From assembly GCA_964463545.1 (NCBI GenBank), contig CAYXCA010000001.1, forward strand, positions 1-63,367: a stretch of DNA of 63,367 nucleotides. The letters run 5' to 3'. Below, piece after piece: positions 49,236 through 60,400 of this stretch. Positions within the stretch are counted from its first letter, which is position 1; each line of letters opens with the position of its first letter. The position numbers were made by a program, and so were the translations under genes. The notes under the pieces were generated by a model. It saw only the letters and a program-made list of their open reading frames with translations. It had not been told where the DNA came from and did not search any database. The stretch comes from an uncultured Candidatus Saccharibacteria bacterium (GTDB lineage: Bacteria > Patescibacteriota > Saccharimonadia > Saccharimonadales > Saccharimonadaceae).

Positions 49236-50333
49236 TTATGGGAGCGGGACCTGTTGTGTGATGCAGTGAATATTACCACCACCCAGCAAAATCTCACGTG
49301 CGTAAATTGGCTCAATGACCTTATCCGGGAAAAGTGATTGCAAAGTATCAATCGCCGCTTGATCATGCGGATCGTTAAAGACTGGCAAAATGACCGCACC
49401 GTTACAGTTATAATAATTGATATAACTAGCAGGCAAACGATCGCCCGGGCGGCGCGGGAAAGTTCCCTCTACTACGTCCACGCCTTTGGACTCTTCTTCG
49501 GTAATCAAAATTGGGTTTGGCACATGAATTTTGATGATTTCGATTGGTCGCCCCTTAGCATCGGTCTGCTGGCTTAGATAATCGTAAGCCATTTGCGAAC
49601 GCTCGTGCTGTGGATCATCGGGGTTATCTTCCCAGGCCAGCACAACTTTGCCTGGAGCAACCCACTGGCAAATGTTGTCAACGTGACCATTAGTATCTTC
49701 GTCCATGTAAATACCTTTTGGGATCCAAAGGACTTTTTCGGCACCAAGATAGGCTTTGAGGGTTTCTTCAATTTGTTCTTTGGTCATCTCGGGGTTACGT
49801 CCTGGGTCGAGCAAGGTTTCTTCCGTAGTCAATATAGTGCCCTCACCGTCACTATGAATTGAACCGCCCTCAAGCACAAAATCGGTGAGATGATAATAAT
49901 CGACAGCCTCAATCGCAGCCATTTTAGGTGCGATGTAATCGTCTTGATCCCAGGGGAAATAAAGTCCATTAACAAGGCCGCCATAAGCGTTAAATTTCCA
50001 GTCTATTGCGCGCATGCTGCCGTAACCATCTACCACGAATGTGGCACCAGTGTCACGGATCCAAGAATCGTTATTGCTAATCTCAACAATTTGCACGTTT
50101 GGCATGTTCATTTCGAGCAAGTGAAGATATTGGGACTTATTAACACCAACCACAACTGGTTCGTATTTGGCAATGGTCTGGATAACTTCTTTGAAAGCCG
50201 CTTGACCGTATTCGGCGTTAAAGCGCCAGTTGTCTTCGCGCTCCGGCCAGAGCAAATAAGTGCAACGGTGACGAGCGAGTTCGGACGGCATATAAAAACC
50301 GTCGGCCTTGGGTGTGCTATTTGTTATGCGCAT
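49236..50333 (-). CDS. aguA: Agmatine deiminase
   Basis: WPEREDNW, DSWIRDTG, FNAYGG, LEGGSIHSDGEGT, DTNGHVDN, GGGNIHCITQQ. Confidence 0.95.
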   Translation of the reverse strand: MRITNSTPKADGFYMPSELARHRCTYLLWPEREDNWRFNAEYGQAAFKEVIQTIAKYEPVVVGVNKSQYLHLLEMNMPNVQIVEISNNDSWIRDTGATFVVDGYGSMRAIDWKFNAYGGLVNGLYFPWDQDDYIAPKMAAIEAVDYYHLTDFVLEGGSIHSDGEGTILTTEETLLDPGRNPEMTKEQIEETLKAYLGAEKVLWIPKGIYMDEDTNGHVDNICQWVAPGKVVLAWEDNPDDPQHERSQMAYDYLSQQTDAKGRPIEIIKIHVPNPILITEEESKGVDVVEGTFPRRPGDRLPASYINYYNCNGAVILPVFNDPHDQAAIDTLQSLFPDKVIEPIYAREILLGGGNIHCITQQVPLP

Positions 50334-51777
50334 TGAGAGTTTCCTCCTTTTGAGTTGATTTTAGATTTTTGCCATCTTTGACATTCATAACCATGAATTC
50401 ACCGATGACGACCGCGATACAAGCGCCGACAATCAACGGCCAGTTATATTCAAACATTTCGAGATTGAACTCTGGGAAGAGCGTGAAGAAGAGGGCGATT
50501 AGCAGAAGCACAAACGGAACGATACCAAAAAGCGCAATCTTAAACTTGCCACCGTTGATCCAATAGCCGTTTTTGACCTGGGGGCCTTTTTTATGTAACT
50601 TGAGAAAAGCCATAAACATAGGAAGGTAGGCCAGCAAAAGACAAACCAAACTCAGCGAGAAGAAAGTCCAGAAAAGGTTGGAAACTTCCGGGAAGAATTC
50701 CGCAACGATAATACCAGCAACCGAAATTACCAGAGCGACTACTCCCGTCCAGATAGAAATGACATACGGTACACCATCTTTGTTGCGCTTCATCCAAGAT
50801 TTAGGGAAAGCACCGTCTTCGGCCGCATAGGCAATCACGGAATTGACGCCAAAGTTCCAGGAGGAAATATTAGCAATCAAAGTGTAGATAAATAGACCAC
50901 CGACAATAACGATAATAGCCTTGATCACGCCAGCCGAAACGCCAATAGTCGTGAGGAGGATATCATAACTATCCAACAAGCCAGAGTCGGTCGGAATTTG
51001 GTCAAGCGGAATAGCAACACCGATACCAAAGGATGCCAAAAGATAAAAGACGGCAATTAAAACACCGCCAAGAATAACGGCCTTAGGAATTTCTTTCTTG
51101 GGGTTCTGCATATCGCCCGCAAAAGTCGAAACCACTTCGAACCCGAGCATATTAAAGATAATCAGCGCTACGAAACCTAAACCGGTAAAATCAAACTTGC
51201 CGTCGGCTCCAACCATTGGCAGAAGATCGGTCCAACTCTCAATTGGGTTTGCACTACCTTGCGTAATCAAAACGTAAATGCCCAGCGCACCAAGCCCAGC
51301 CATGAAGGCGAATTTAGCAAAAGCGCCAATGTTAGAAAGCCAAGCACTCTGAGAAATTCGCAAAACACCCAGTACAGAAACTAGCACGATATAGAAAACT
51401 TGTATTGCTAAAATAAGTGGCCAAGTCATCTCAAATCCAAGCATTTGCATGAGATAGGTTGTTACGAGATCGGCAAGTGAAGCGATCCAGAGTGGATAAT
51501 TGACCCAGTAGAACCAGGCTACACGGCTAGCCCACTTGGAGCCAAAGGCCTTCTCTACCCAAGTGTACATGCCACCTTCGGATGGATATTGTGTGCCAAG
51601 TTCAGCAGAAATTAAACCATAAGGTACAAAGAAGCCAATAAGCATGATGATCCACCAGAAATATTGAGAATTACCGATGGCGGCAGTTGGCGCCACAGCA
51701 TCGCCCACAAGAATAATACAGACTGTGGCCAAAACGGCACTGAACAGCCTAAATTTATATTTTGGTTTTTTAGGCAT
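50317..51777 (-). CDS. APC family antiporter, probably agmatine/putrescine (AguD-like)
   Basis: About 12 membrane segments; LISAELGT.YPSEGG, GFE; lies between the carbamoyltransferase gene and aguA. Confidence 0.85.
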   Translation of the reverse strand: MPKKPKYKFRLFSAVLATVCIILVGDAVAPTAAIGNSQYFWWIIMLIGFFVPYGLISAELGTQYPSEGGMYTWVEKAFGSKWASRVAWFYWVNYPLWIASLADLVTTYLMQMLGFEMTWPLILAIQVFYIVLVSVLGVLRISQSAWLSNIGAFAKFAFMAGLGALGIYVLITQGSANPIESWTDLLPMVGADGKFDFTGLGFVALIIFNMLGFEVVSTFAGDMQNPKKEIPKAVILGGVLIAVFYLLASFGIGVAIPLDQIPTDSGLLDSYDILLTTIGVSAGVIKAIIVIVGGLFIYTLIANISSWNFGVNSVIAYAAEDGAFPKSWMKRNKDGVPYVISIWTGVVALVISVAGIIVAEFFPEVSNLFWTFFSLSLVCLLLAYLPMFMAFLKLHKKGPQVKNGYWINGGKFKIALFGIVPFVLLLIALFFTLFPEFNLEMFEYNWPLIVGACIAVVIGEFMVMNVKDGKNLKSTQKEETLNAHNK

Positions 51778-52795
51778 CGTGTTCCTCCTTCTGCCTCTTA
51801 ATTTCGTCTAATGCTTCTTGGGCTTTGCCACTGAAGTACAATAATAAACCACGCTGCGCTGTAAGACGGTTCTCGGCTTCATCCCAAGCGATTGAATGTG
51901 GACCATCCAAAACACTATCTGTGACTTCTTCGTTGCGATTGGCTGGAAGACAATGCATAAATTTAACATTAGGGTTGCTAGTCATGGCGAGCATTTCATC
52001 GTTCACCTGATACTTGGGATAAAATTCGCGCATATAGACATCTTTGGGTACTTCCTTGTCGTACAGACCATACCAGATATCGGTATAGATAAAGTCGGCG
52101 CCTTCGAGGTAGGCTGGATTATCCGTAACATGCACACTGCCGCCATACATTTGATTATTGGCGCGACCAATTTTGAGAAAATCATCGCTGAGCCACTTGG
52201 CGGGAGGGCCATACTGGATAAAGTTCATGCCGAGTTTGGTTGTAATCATCATGAGTGAAGCACAAACTTGGGTGCAGTCGCCCACAAATACAACCTTAAT
52301 TTTGTTCAAAGGCTTATCAGCCGGGAGATGGTCGAAGATTGTGATGATGTCGCCGATTTCCTGCGTGGGATGATTATAATCGGACATACCATTGATAACC
52401 GGGACCGATGACCGAGCGGCGAGTTCGAGTACACTTTCGTGGCGATTTACCCGGGCCATAATTAGATCGCACATGCGACTGAGAACCTGAGCAGTGTCAC
52501 CAATTGTTTCGTGCCCACCCAACTGGATGGCGCCTGGAGCAAGGTTTAGCGCATGGCCGCCCAGTTGCTCCATGCCGACTTCAAAAGATACTCGCGTACG
52601 AGTGGACTTTTGTTCAAAAATCATCGCCAAGTTCTTATGAAAAAGAGTTTCGAGAGTGCCGCCAGATTTGATGTAATCACGCACGACCATGGAGGTTTTG
52701 ATAATGTCCATGATTTCTGACTGATCGAAATCGGTCGTATCAATGAAATCTTTATGAGTGGGGGTTTTGTGCGTTAATACATAAGGGTTTTCCAT
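51770..52795 (-). CDS. Putrescine carbamoyltransferase (PtcA/AguB)
   Basis: STRTRVSFE, LGGHETIGDT, NGMSDYNHPTQ, YTDIWYGLY, HCLP; adjacent to aguA; start moved to ATG 52795. Confidence 0.85.
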   Translation of the reverse strand: MENPYVLTHKTPTHKDFIDTTDFDQSEIMDIIKTSMVVRDYIKSGGTLETLFHKNLAMIFEQKSTRTRVSFEVGMEQLGGHALNLAPGAIQLGGHETIGDTAQVLSRMCDLIMARVNRHESVLELAARSSVPVINGMSDYNHPTQEIGDIITIFDHLPADKPLNKIKVVFVGDCTQVCASLMMITTKLGMNFIQYGPPAKWLSDDFLKIGRANNQMYGGSVHVTDNPAYLEGADFIYTDIWYGLYDKEVPKDVYMREFYPKYQVNDEMLAMTSNPNVKFMHCLPANRNEEVTDSVLDGPHSIAWDEAENRLTAQRGLLLYFSGKAQEALDEIKRQKEEHDA

Positions 52796-52912
52796 GCTTA
52801 TATTATAATTTAATCTGGAAATAGTGCATAGTATTGACTTTTTGCACAATGTGTGCTATAATGAAATTATGGGGCGTATGCCGCCAAATATTATGAACGG
52901 GAGGGGTTCAAT

Positions 52913-53470
52913 ATGAATTCAAAAGAGTTTGAATGGGACCTTAAGATTGTGTCGCCCAATGAGGTTCAAACCTTAGCAAAGGGAGTGGCCGAATGTGCGG
53001 ACGAGCAGAAATTTCTCAAGGAGAGAATCGAGAAAGTAAATCAACGTATTGGCTGGCTTGAAGACGAAGGTAGAAAAAAATGTTATCCTACCTACACAGT
53101 CCAAAAGATTAGGTTTAACCTTGATAAAGGCGGAACACGCCAAAATATCGTTTATCAGAAAGGGACCAAACCTTGCGATTTGAACTATGTGGCGTTTATG
53201 GAAGCTTACTTCCGCTGCGTCATCAAGCCAGAGCATAAACGGATTGTGAAGCTGTATGAAGATTATGACAAGAATGAAAATGATTTTCTCTATTTCGTGC
53301 CAAAAATCAATGAACTTGGTGGGGAGATAATCTTCCATCGTCCTTACATCGACGTCGTTTTGCCTGCGCCCGACTCGCTGCAGATGGTGACTTATCCTGA
53401 CTTGGCGTGCAATCAGAGAAACTACAGTGTGCTGGATGCATTAATTAATACAGCAGCAAAGACTTGTTAG
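52913..53470 (+). CDS. Hypothetical protein
   Basis: 185-aa ORF with GGAGG SD, TTGACT-17-TATAAT promoter and downstream hairpin. Confidence 0.65.
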   Translation: MNSKEFEWDLKIVSPNEVQTLAKGVAECADEQKFLKERIEKVNQRIGWLEDEGRKKCYPTYTVQKIRFNLDKGGTRQNIVYQKGTKPCDLNYVAFMEAYFRCVIKPEHKRIVKLYEDYDKNENDFLYFVPKINELGGEIIFHRPYIDVVLPAPDSLQMVTYPDLACNQRNYSVLDALINTAAKTC

Positions 53471-53481
53471 TAATGCATTAC

Positions 53482-53508
53482 TAATCTCGCACTTGATGTG
53501 CGAGATTA
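53482..53508 (+). terminator. Intrinsic terminator-like hairpin
   Basis: TAATCTCGCAC-TTGAT-GTGCGAGATTA-TTCTTT. Confidence 0.7.
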
Positions 53509-53588
53509 TTCTTTGGTCTTCATAGTGATGATACTGTTAAGTTCGAGATGAATTTGAGGAATAAATGTTATATGGTATAATTTGATGC

Positions 53589-54359
53589 ATGAACCCGAAT
53601 CAAATTTCTGCATCAAAAGAAAGTAGCAAATGGGAAATTCTAACAGAGATGTCCGGACAGTATGCTCAAAATCGAGCTGAAATTGATCCGCAGCTCGGAG
53701 AGAAAGTTCACGCGTTGGAAGATTTCTTTTACGATGCGGAAAATTCACCTGCGAATTGCGCAAGACAATTCATGACTGATGCAGTGGGGGCGTGCATCGA
53801 TATAAAGCCTACAACATATTTATATGTAGAATCAGGGCAGGGCTTAAACTTGGAAAAATTGTTAAGCGTTTATAATGATGTCGGGCTAGAGGCTATCGTT
53901 GAAAATCTTGCTACTTTTGATGATCCAACTCCACTGACATATGTGTATGCTGGAAAAGATAAAAAGAATGTTGAGCGGTTGCGCGACGCTTCTCATGTAC
54001 TATATACGAGTAATTCACAGGAAGAATTGGCTCAAAAACATAGGGAAATAGGTAAGTTATTAGGTTATCCAGAAAATGATGTTGAATACTTTACGGAAAC
54101 CATTGGTCAACCAACGGTACATAGTTTTGATGGTTTCAGAACGACGATCAAACATGACCCAGAACATATTGCGGATGATTTTAGACAGTACGAGGCGCCA
54201 ATATATAATGTTATGCAGAAATTTGCACCCAAAGCATATCAAGAGGTTCTAGCTGACCCGGAGCAGGCGAAAATTGATAAGCAAAAGTTGGAACAATTTA
54301 AAAAGCAAAAAACAAATAAATTAAAACAGAACCTTTTAAGTCTTTTTAGACATAAGTAG
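53589..54359 (+). CDS. Hypothetical protein
   Basis: 256-aa ORF; [11 protein letters not shown] motif; TGGTATAAT 7 nt before the ATG. Confidence 0.7.
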   Translation: MNPNQISASKESSKWEILTEMSGQYAQNRAEIDPQLGEKVHALEDFFYDAENSPANCARQFMTDAVGACIDIKPTTYLYVESGQGLNLEKLLSVYNDVGLEAIVENLATFDDPTPLTYVYAGKDKKNVERLRDASHVLYTSNSQEELAQKHREIGKLLGYPENDVEYFTETIGQPTVHSFDGFRTTIKHDPEHIADDFRQYEAPIYNVMQKFAPKAYQEVLADPEQAKIDKQKLEQFKKQKTNKLKQNLLSLFRHK

Positions 54360-55410
54360 TTTTTTTGAGATGTTCTTTGGCCTTCATAGTGACAGCGCGG
54401 CCACGCGGCGTGCGTTCGATTAAGCCAAGTTGCAAAAGATATGGCTCGTAATAGTCTTCGATAGTGGCGGCTTCATCACCAGTAAGCGCAGCGATAGTGT
54501 TAAGCCCAACTGGGCGGTCACCGTAATTTTCGAGCATTAGTTGGAGCATATTGCGGTCGGCTGGATCAAGACCAAGGTTATCGATTTCCATCATATTGAG
54601 GGCGTCAGTGGCAAGTCTGACGTCAATAAAACCATCACCATTAACATCGGCATAGTCACGCACGCGCTTAGTCAGGCGGTTGGCAATGCGGGGAGTCAGG
54701 CGCGAACGGGTAGCCAACAGGCTAGTGGCTTCGGGCGCAATGCCAGTGCCAAGCAGGCTAGCAGTACGGTTGATGATGCGCTCAATTTCAGGAATTTGAT
54801 AGTACTCTAGGCGATGGATAAGGCCGAAACGGTCGCGTAGCGGACCGGCCAATGAACCAGTACGCGTAGTGGCACCAATCACGGTAAACTTAGGCAAATC
54901 AAGACGTACAGAACGCGCAGCGGGGCCTTTACCAATGACAATATCGAGTTTGCAATCTTCCATGGCGGAATAGAGAATTTCTTCCACGGCGCGGCGCAGG
55001 CGATGAATCTCATCGATAAATAGGACATCACCATCCTGAAGATTAGTAAGAATGGAAGCGAGATCGCCGGCACGTTCGATGGCGGGGCCGGAAGTAACAC
55101 GGAGATTGGCGCCCATTTCGTGAGCGATGACGTTAGCCATGGTAGTTTTGCCAAGACCAGGGGGACCGTAAAGCAAAACGTGATCGAGCGTGGTGCCATC
55201 ATTACGTTTCTTCACAGCGTCGATAGCGAGTTTAAGATTAGTCTTGAGGCGTTCCTGGCCAATGTAATCAGCAAAGGTTGTGGGACGGAGAGAAACTTCT
55301 TCGGCCTGTTCAGAAATATCACCATCGTTGAGGTTGGTATCTACTAGGCGATGTTGCTCGCGTGGCTCTGTATTGCTAGCCGGCTCGTCGATATTGCGTT
55401 GAATTCCCAT
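54346..55410 (-). CDS. ruvB: Holliday junction branch migration helicase
   Basis: [45 protein letters not shown]. Confidence 0.98.
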   Translation of the reverse strand: MGIQRNIDEPASNTEPREQHRLVDTNLNDGDISEQAEEVSLRPTTFADYIGQERLKTNLKLAIDAVKKRNDGTTLDHVLLYGPPGLGKTTMANVIAHEMGANLRVTSGPAIERAGDLASILTNLQDGDVLFIDEIHRLRRAVEEILYSAMEDCKLDIVIGKGPAARSVRLDLPKFTVIGATTRTGSLAGPLRDRFGLIHRLEYYQIPEIERIINRTASLLGTGIAPEATSLLATRSRLTPRIANRLTKRVRDYADVNGDGFIDVRLATDALNMMEIDNLGLDPADRNMLQLMLENYGDRPVGLNTIAALTGDEAATIEDYYEPYLLQLGLIERTPRGRAVTMKAKEHLKKTTYV

Positions 55411-55594
55411 TGAGATAATTATAGCATAGTTATCATGTTCTACCTTGCCAATTCCCTACTTTTATCATCCTTATGCTTGCCCACTAAGGTGTTTTGTGAT
55501 AGAATGGTGAATGTAGTAAGTAAACTCGTATAAGACTATCTCATTATACGAGTTAGTTTTATACGCACCTTGACAATTCTAGGAGGATAGAAGA

Positions 55595-56833
55595 ATGAGA
55601 AAGAAGATCTTAGTAACTCTATTAACCATAGCACTTAGTGCTTCGATGCTGGGATGTGGCAGTTCACATGACTCATCTACTGATGGGGGAAGTTATGCTG
55701 TAGAAGATACGGTAGATACATCTGTACTTGAACCTGCGGTTCCGGGTGTGGATGTGTATGAAGAACCTACCATGCCTGGTGACACAGAAGAGAGTAGTGT
55801 TGTAGAAACCTATGTAGTTGATGGCTCTAACGCTACTGATATTCCGGACGATGATCCGGGCTTTGGCAGACCACCTGAGGAAGATTGTATTGATTATGGG
55901 GGTAGTGAAGAAGTGGCAGAAGTCAACAATGTTGAAGATATTGAGGGGATAATCGTCGCACAGGAAACTTGGGATAATGTTTCCTCGATTTATTATACTA
56001 TCTATGCGATCGACCCTGTAACCGGCGCTTCAAGAATGTTGAATCAGTTTGCATATAGGGATATCAATAAATTCGATTCAGATTACATACGGACGCCGGC
56101 AGGATCTAGCCCTGGTTTTAGATTATTCGGAAATTTTAGCGACATTTTTTCGAGTGACTACACTAAAGCTGCGGTAACCAAGACCTTTGTTGGTAACGGT
56201 GAAAGTCATGCCGGTTGGTTGGATGCCAATGGAAATTTCTTTGACGTAACCATAGCATTGGGCGAACAGGCGCAGAGTGATTTTGATGCGCTTGTTAGGT
56301 ACTGCGCGGTTGGGTTTCAAAATGATATTTTTATCTATGCATCAATAGATGATAGAAACCGTGTTCAACACTACTATGGTGTTGCCGTAGATGATATTGC
56401 CCCTGGGGCATCCTGGGAAATTAGCGCTTCCGATAGAATGATTGCTACAGATTATGACACCTGGCACTGGTTAATGAGTTATTATAGACCAACTTGTTGG
56501 CTTGACGACGATCGGGTCCTTGTCGAGAGAATAGAGAATGGCGGCAATAAGGCTAAATGCCGTATTGCCACAGTCAGCACTCGGGCAATCGAGCAATATC
56601 TACCTGGAGAAGACACCAATAATAATTGGAATGCCGTAGCAAGTCCTGATGGAACCAAGGTCGCCTTCTTTTCGCAACGAGTTGGCGGTGAAGACATTAA
56701 TATATATACGGCGTCCATTTCTGGCGACAATCCAACAAAACTGGAGCCTGATTTTAACCTTTCTTTCGCTCCAGGCTCAAAAGCAATGCCCATTAGCAAT
56801 GGAGATTTTTGCTATATCCTGGAATGGAGATAA
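55595..56833 (+). CDS. Lipoprotein with acidic linker and TolB/PD40-like C-terminus
   Basis: Lipobox-like MLGC; SPDGTKVAF and NIYTASISG. Confidence 0.7.
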   Translation: MRKKILVTLLTIALSASMLGCGSSHDSSTDGGSYAVEDTVDTSVLEPAVPGVDVYEEPTMPGDTEESSVVETYVVDGSNATDIPDDDPGFGRPPEEDCIDYGGSEEVAEVNNVEDIEGIIVAQETWDNVSSIYYTIYAIDPVTGASRMLNQFAYRDINKFDSDYIRTPAGSSPGFRLFGNFSDIFSSDYTKAAVTKTFVGNGESHAGWLDANGNFFDVTIALGEQAQSDFDALVRYCAVGFQNDIFIYASIDDRNRVQHYYGVAVDDIAPGASWEISASDRMIATDYDTWHWLMSYYRPTCWLDDDRVLVERIENGGNKAKCRIATVSTRAIEQYLPGEDTNNNWNAVASPDGTKVAFFSQRVGGEDINIYTASISGDNPTKLEPDFNLSFAPGSKAMPISNGDFCYILEWR

Positions 56834-57019
56834 CTCTTCGCCCTATCCTTGCACATTACAAAGAAATGAAGCCAGTTTTCTATATGAAAGCTGGCTTTAA
56901 ATTTTTGATGAGCAGGTGGAACTATTTTGACTTTCCAACGTTGCTCGTAATGATGTGAGAAGACGCAAATCTGCGCCTGAGCTATATAAATTGGCTCAAA
57001 TAGAATTGTTTGACTGATA

Positions 57020-57364
57020 TTATCTTCGAATATAGAAACTTTCCGCATAAGCCGTGTCGCGTTTCTGTTCTTCTGTTTTTGGCCGTCTGCTCATTTTAGC
57101 TGCTGTATTTATTTCCTTCACAAGCTTTGCCATTTTTTCTTCAAATTCTTTACGCGACAGAAGGTTAATCTTTAAGTCATAAATGAGCTCACCAATTCTC
57201 ATGTAGTCGCCAAAACAAGTTAAGCCATGCTCAAGACCATCCGGTAATTTGATTTTATATTCCCCATTATTATAATCTTGTAAGCAGTCCTGGCACTCAT
57301 CATGACTTGAATCTGTTATCGGCAACACCTTTTTACAAATTGGACAATACATCTTAGACGCCAT
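57020..57364 (-). CDS. Small zinc-ribbon-like hypothetical protein
   Basis: CPIC...CQDC; AAGGAG SD upstream of ATG 57364. Confidence 0.55.
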   Translation of the reverse strand: MASKMYCPICKKVLPITDSSHDECQDCLQDYNNGEYKIKLPDGLEHGLTCFGDYMRIGELIYDLKINLLSRKEFEEKMAKLVKEINTAAKMSRRPKTEEQKRDTAYAESFYIRR

Positions 57365-57479
57365 AAAAATCACTCCTTTGTTTTTATAAAGGTATTATGT
57401 CTCACTTCCTATTAATGTGCAGTGTTTTTATATTACATCAAATGCTTTGATTAGGCAATCATAAGGGGTTACTTTGTAA

Positions 57480-60400
57480 CTAAGTCGTCTGAGAGTTCAT
57501 TCTATCAACCTCAGCAGCATGCCGAGCCCATTCCTCAAACGCAATTCTCTGTTGCCTGTTGGGACCGCTACCGCCACCAATCCAAGTACCATCTTCTCTC
57601 CAACCAGTCGGTACGGGCGCTCTTCTGTGAGGAACTACTAATTTATCACCTGCGTTCTCGAGGACTTGGAACTTACCGAATTCCTTCTCGTAATCAGCTG
57701 TTGTTTTGCCAGTATTAGCGGATAGCCAATCGTCTCTGCGCATTTCATAATCGGCTTGACGTAATTTATTAAGTGTTTCTAATCGCTCTTTTTGGATACT
57801 ACCAGCATAGCGCGGATCGGTCAAAGCCTTGGTTGCCATGTCGGCGTAAGTATGTAGAGCTGCTCTGGTCGTGGCGTCAGTATTAAATGAACCGTCAGCG
57901 AGAGCTTTCTCAATACTACGGTACCAGCTATCACCCATTCCGCCAATTGTAGCCTGTGTTACCTTCCCTGAGCCAGCCATCGCGTAATCACTTGCACTTT
58001 TGATATCTTTGTTCGACGCCAAATCGTTCATAAACTTGTAGCCGCCAGTATCTTTACCTTTGATGCTTGCCATCCATTTATCGTTATATGAAATATATCC
58101 GCCCAAAGCTCGCATAGCCTCAGAACCCTGCGCCCCAACACCAGTTGTACCGTAGGCATGGTTACGCATTGATTCTATCATTAATGACTGACCCGTATCG
58201 CCTTTACCCATCAGCAACGAAGCTAACGCTTTTGCCCTAATCATCTTTGTTTCGTTAGTTGGGTCAGCGTCAACCTCCGCTAAAGCCGTTTGGAAGGCAA
58301 GATTAATTTTATCGGGATCCGTCGTATCAAACGCCGGGTCTTGAACCATATTATCCATCGCTTCAGTAACGCGACGTTCCATGTCTTTTCTATCCAGTGT
58401 AGCAAGTGAACGCTGGATAGACTCCTCGTTGATGCTTCCACCATAAAGTTGCGCTTGGTGTTCATCGAGCCGCATTTTGTTGTAGCGAGCTACGGCACCA
58501 TCCATTCGCCTGTTACCGTATTTACCAATAGCTTTGAATAGGCCACCCCTCTCGCTAAGACGATTAAAGAAATCTCGATTACGTTGAGCTGCACGGTACT
58601 GACTTGTCGTGCGAGCACGTTCAACCGCTTCTGATTTCCGAAGTGCACCAGTGGTTTTGTTACTGAGGCCCCTTCCTAGTTGCGAGATGCGGTTGCCAAT
58701 GTTGCCAGCCAGTGCAAGTGAATTGCGAATTAGTGACGGGATAAAGAAGATAGGGACAATCTGTAGCAGCATACCGACAAGATTATACATAAAACTCGTA
58801 TTGTCACTATTTAACATCAAACTTGAAACAAGTTGTCCGCCATAAATACAAGCTGAACACACTGGATATACAAAGAGCAGTGCAGTAAAAAGTTTTTTCC
58901 ATTTCTCAAACAAGCTTTTTGCATTGGGTAGCGAATAACAAATAATTGCTAACGGTGAAATAACCACCATTACTAGAATGCCGGCCTGACGAACAGCTAG
59001 GACCAAGAAAACAAATACTACACTAATGATAGCTCCTAGAGTCACAATCAATACTGGAATCATTACGGCGGCAAGACCCTGAAGCTTAATAGTCACAGCT
59101 ACAGCAATACCAATACCAGTAATACCCACAGCGTTGAATAATGTATTCAGGAATCCGCGCACCACATCACCCGCACTAACCGAACTACTAGGCGAAATTG
59201 TACTTTGTACATCGGTAAGAATACCGCCGATGCTAGCACCAGCTATATTAGAAACATCGATTAGAATCTGACAAATGAAATACGAAAGATTTACCAATAC
59301 TGCCATTATAATAAGACTTGGTAAAAGTTTTTTGATACCATAGTTTGTAATTCCGAAGCCGGTGAGCTGAGAAATAATAACTACTGTCAAAAATATCGCA
59401 AAGGCAATATTAGCAAAATTACGAAAATATGTCCAGGCTTTGTAAGCCGTACTGCTGTCATTAGCCTTATATTCGTCAGGGTCTACCACGAGCCAATTGC
59501 TGGACATCTCTTCCCAGAGTTTATCTGCAGCGCTACCGATGAACTTCATTACTGGACATAATATCCAGCCTAGTGACGAGGCATTATTGAAACATTGTGC
59601 TAAATCATCGTCGCCACTAGATAATGACCCTCCATCAGATGATATGTTGTTTCCAGCACTCCCGCCGCCAGTGGTACCAGCATCATTATCTTCTGGTAAA
59701 TCTTCTACCGCAGCAACATTCATATATGCAGCTACAAACATTTTTGCGTTCCTGGATGTAGGATTAATGTTGTTAAACTCACCGGCAAGCACCTTACAAT
59801 CACCTTCCACTCCCGGCAAAGTAATGCTTCTGGCTGATCCTGGCTCTAGAATTCCATTACCACCAAATTTAGTCCGATAGCTTGTTTTATTGCTGGCCGA
59901 GCCATTCTCATAGGCGTTAACTTCAGCGACATATGGCTGGGAAATATCCCAATAATCCATAGCGTTCAAATTACTGAGATTTGGATCATCTGTAGCAACA
60001 GAAGTGCCATTACAGGCAAAGCCACCATTCCCATCCCCATTAAATAGATATCTTCCGTAAACGATATATTTAGCATCCGCATCAGAGTTCAGAAAGTCAG
60101 CCACGCTAGTTTTACCATTTGTGTAGATTTTTGCTAAGTTACTAAGCAACTTAGACTTGGCATTATCTTTCAATTTCAATCGCGTAGATGTTGCAGCTGA
60201 AGTAACGTAATGCTTGAATTTATCACTATTACCATTTACCCAGGCCTTATAATTATCTTTTACGGTACCAGGTAGCCATTCATTGAATGGAGCTCCATCG
60301 GTCGTGGCTAGTATTGGTACATATGCTGTCGTTGACTCACCATAGGCATTTACAGCCTGAATCTGATAAACCTCCGTATACATTACGAGTGGTTGGCATA

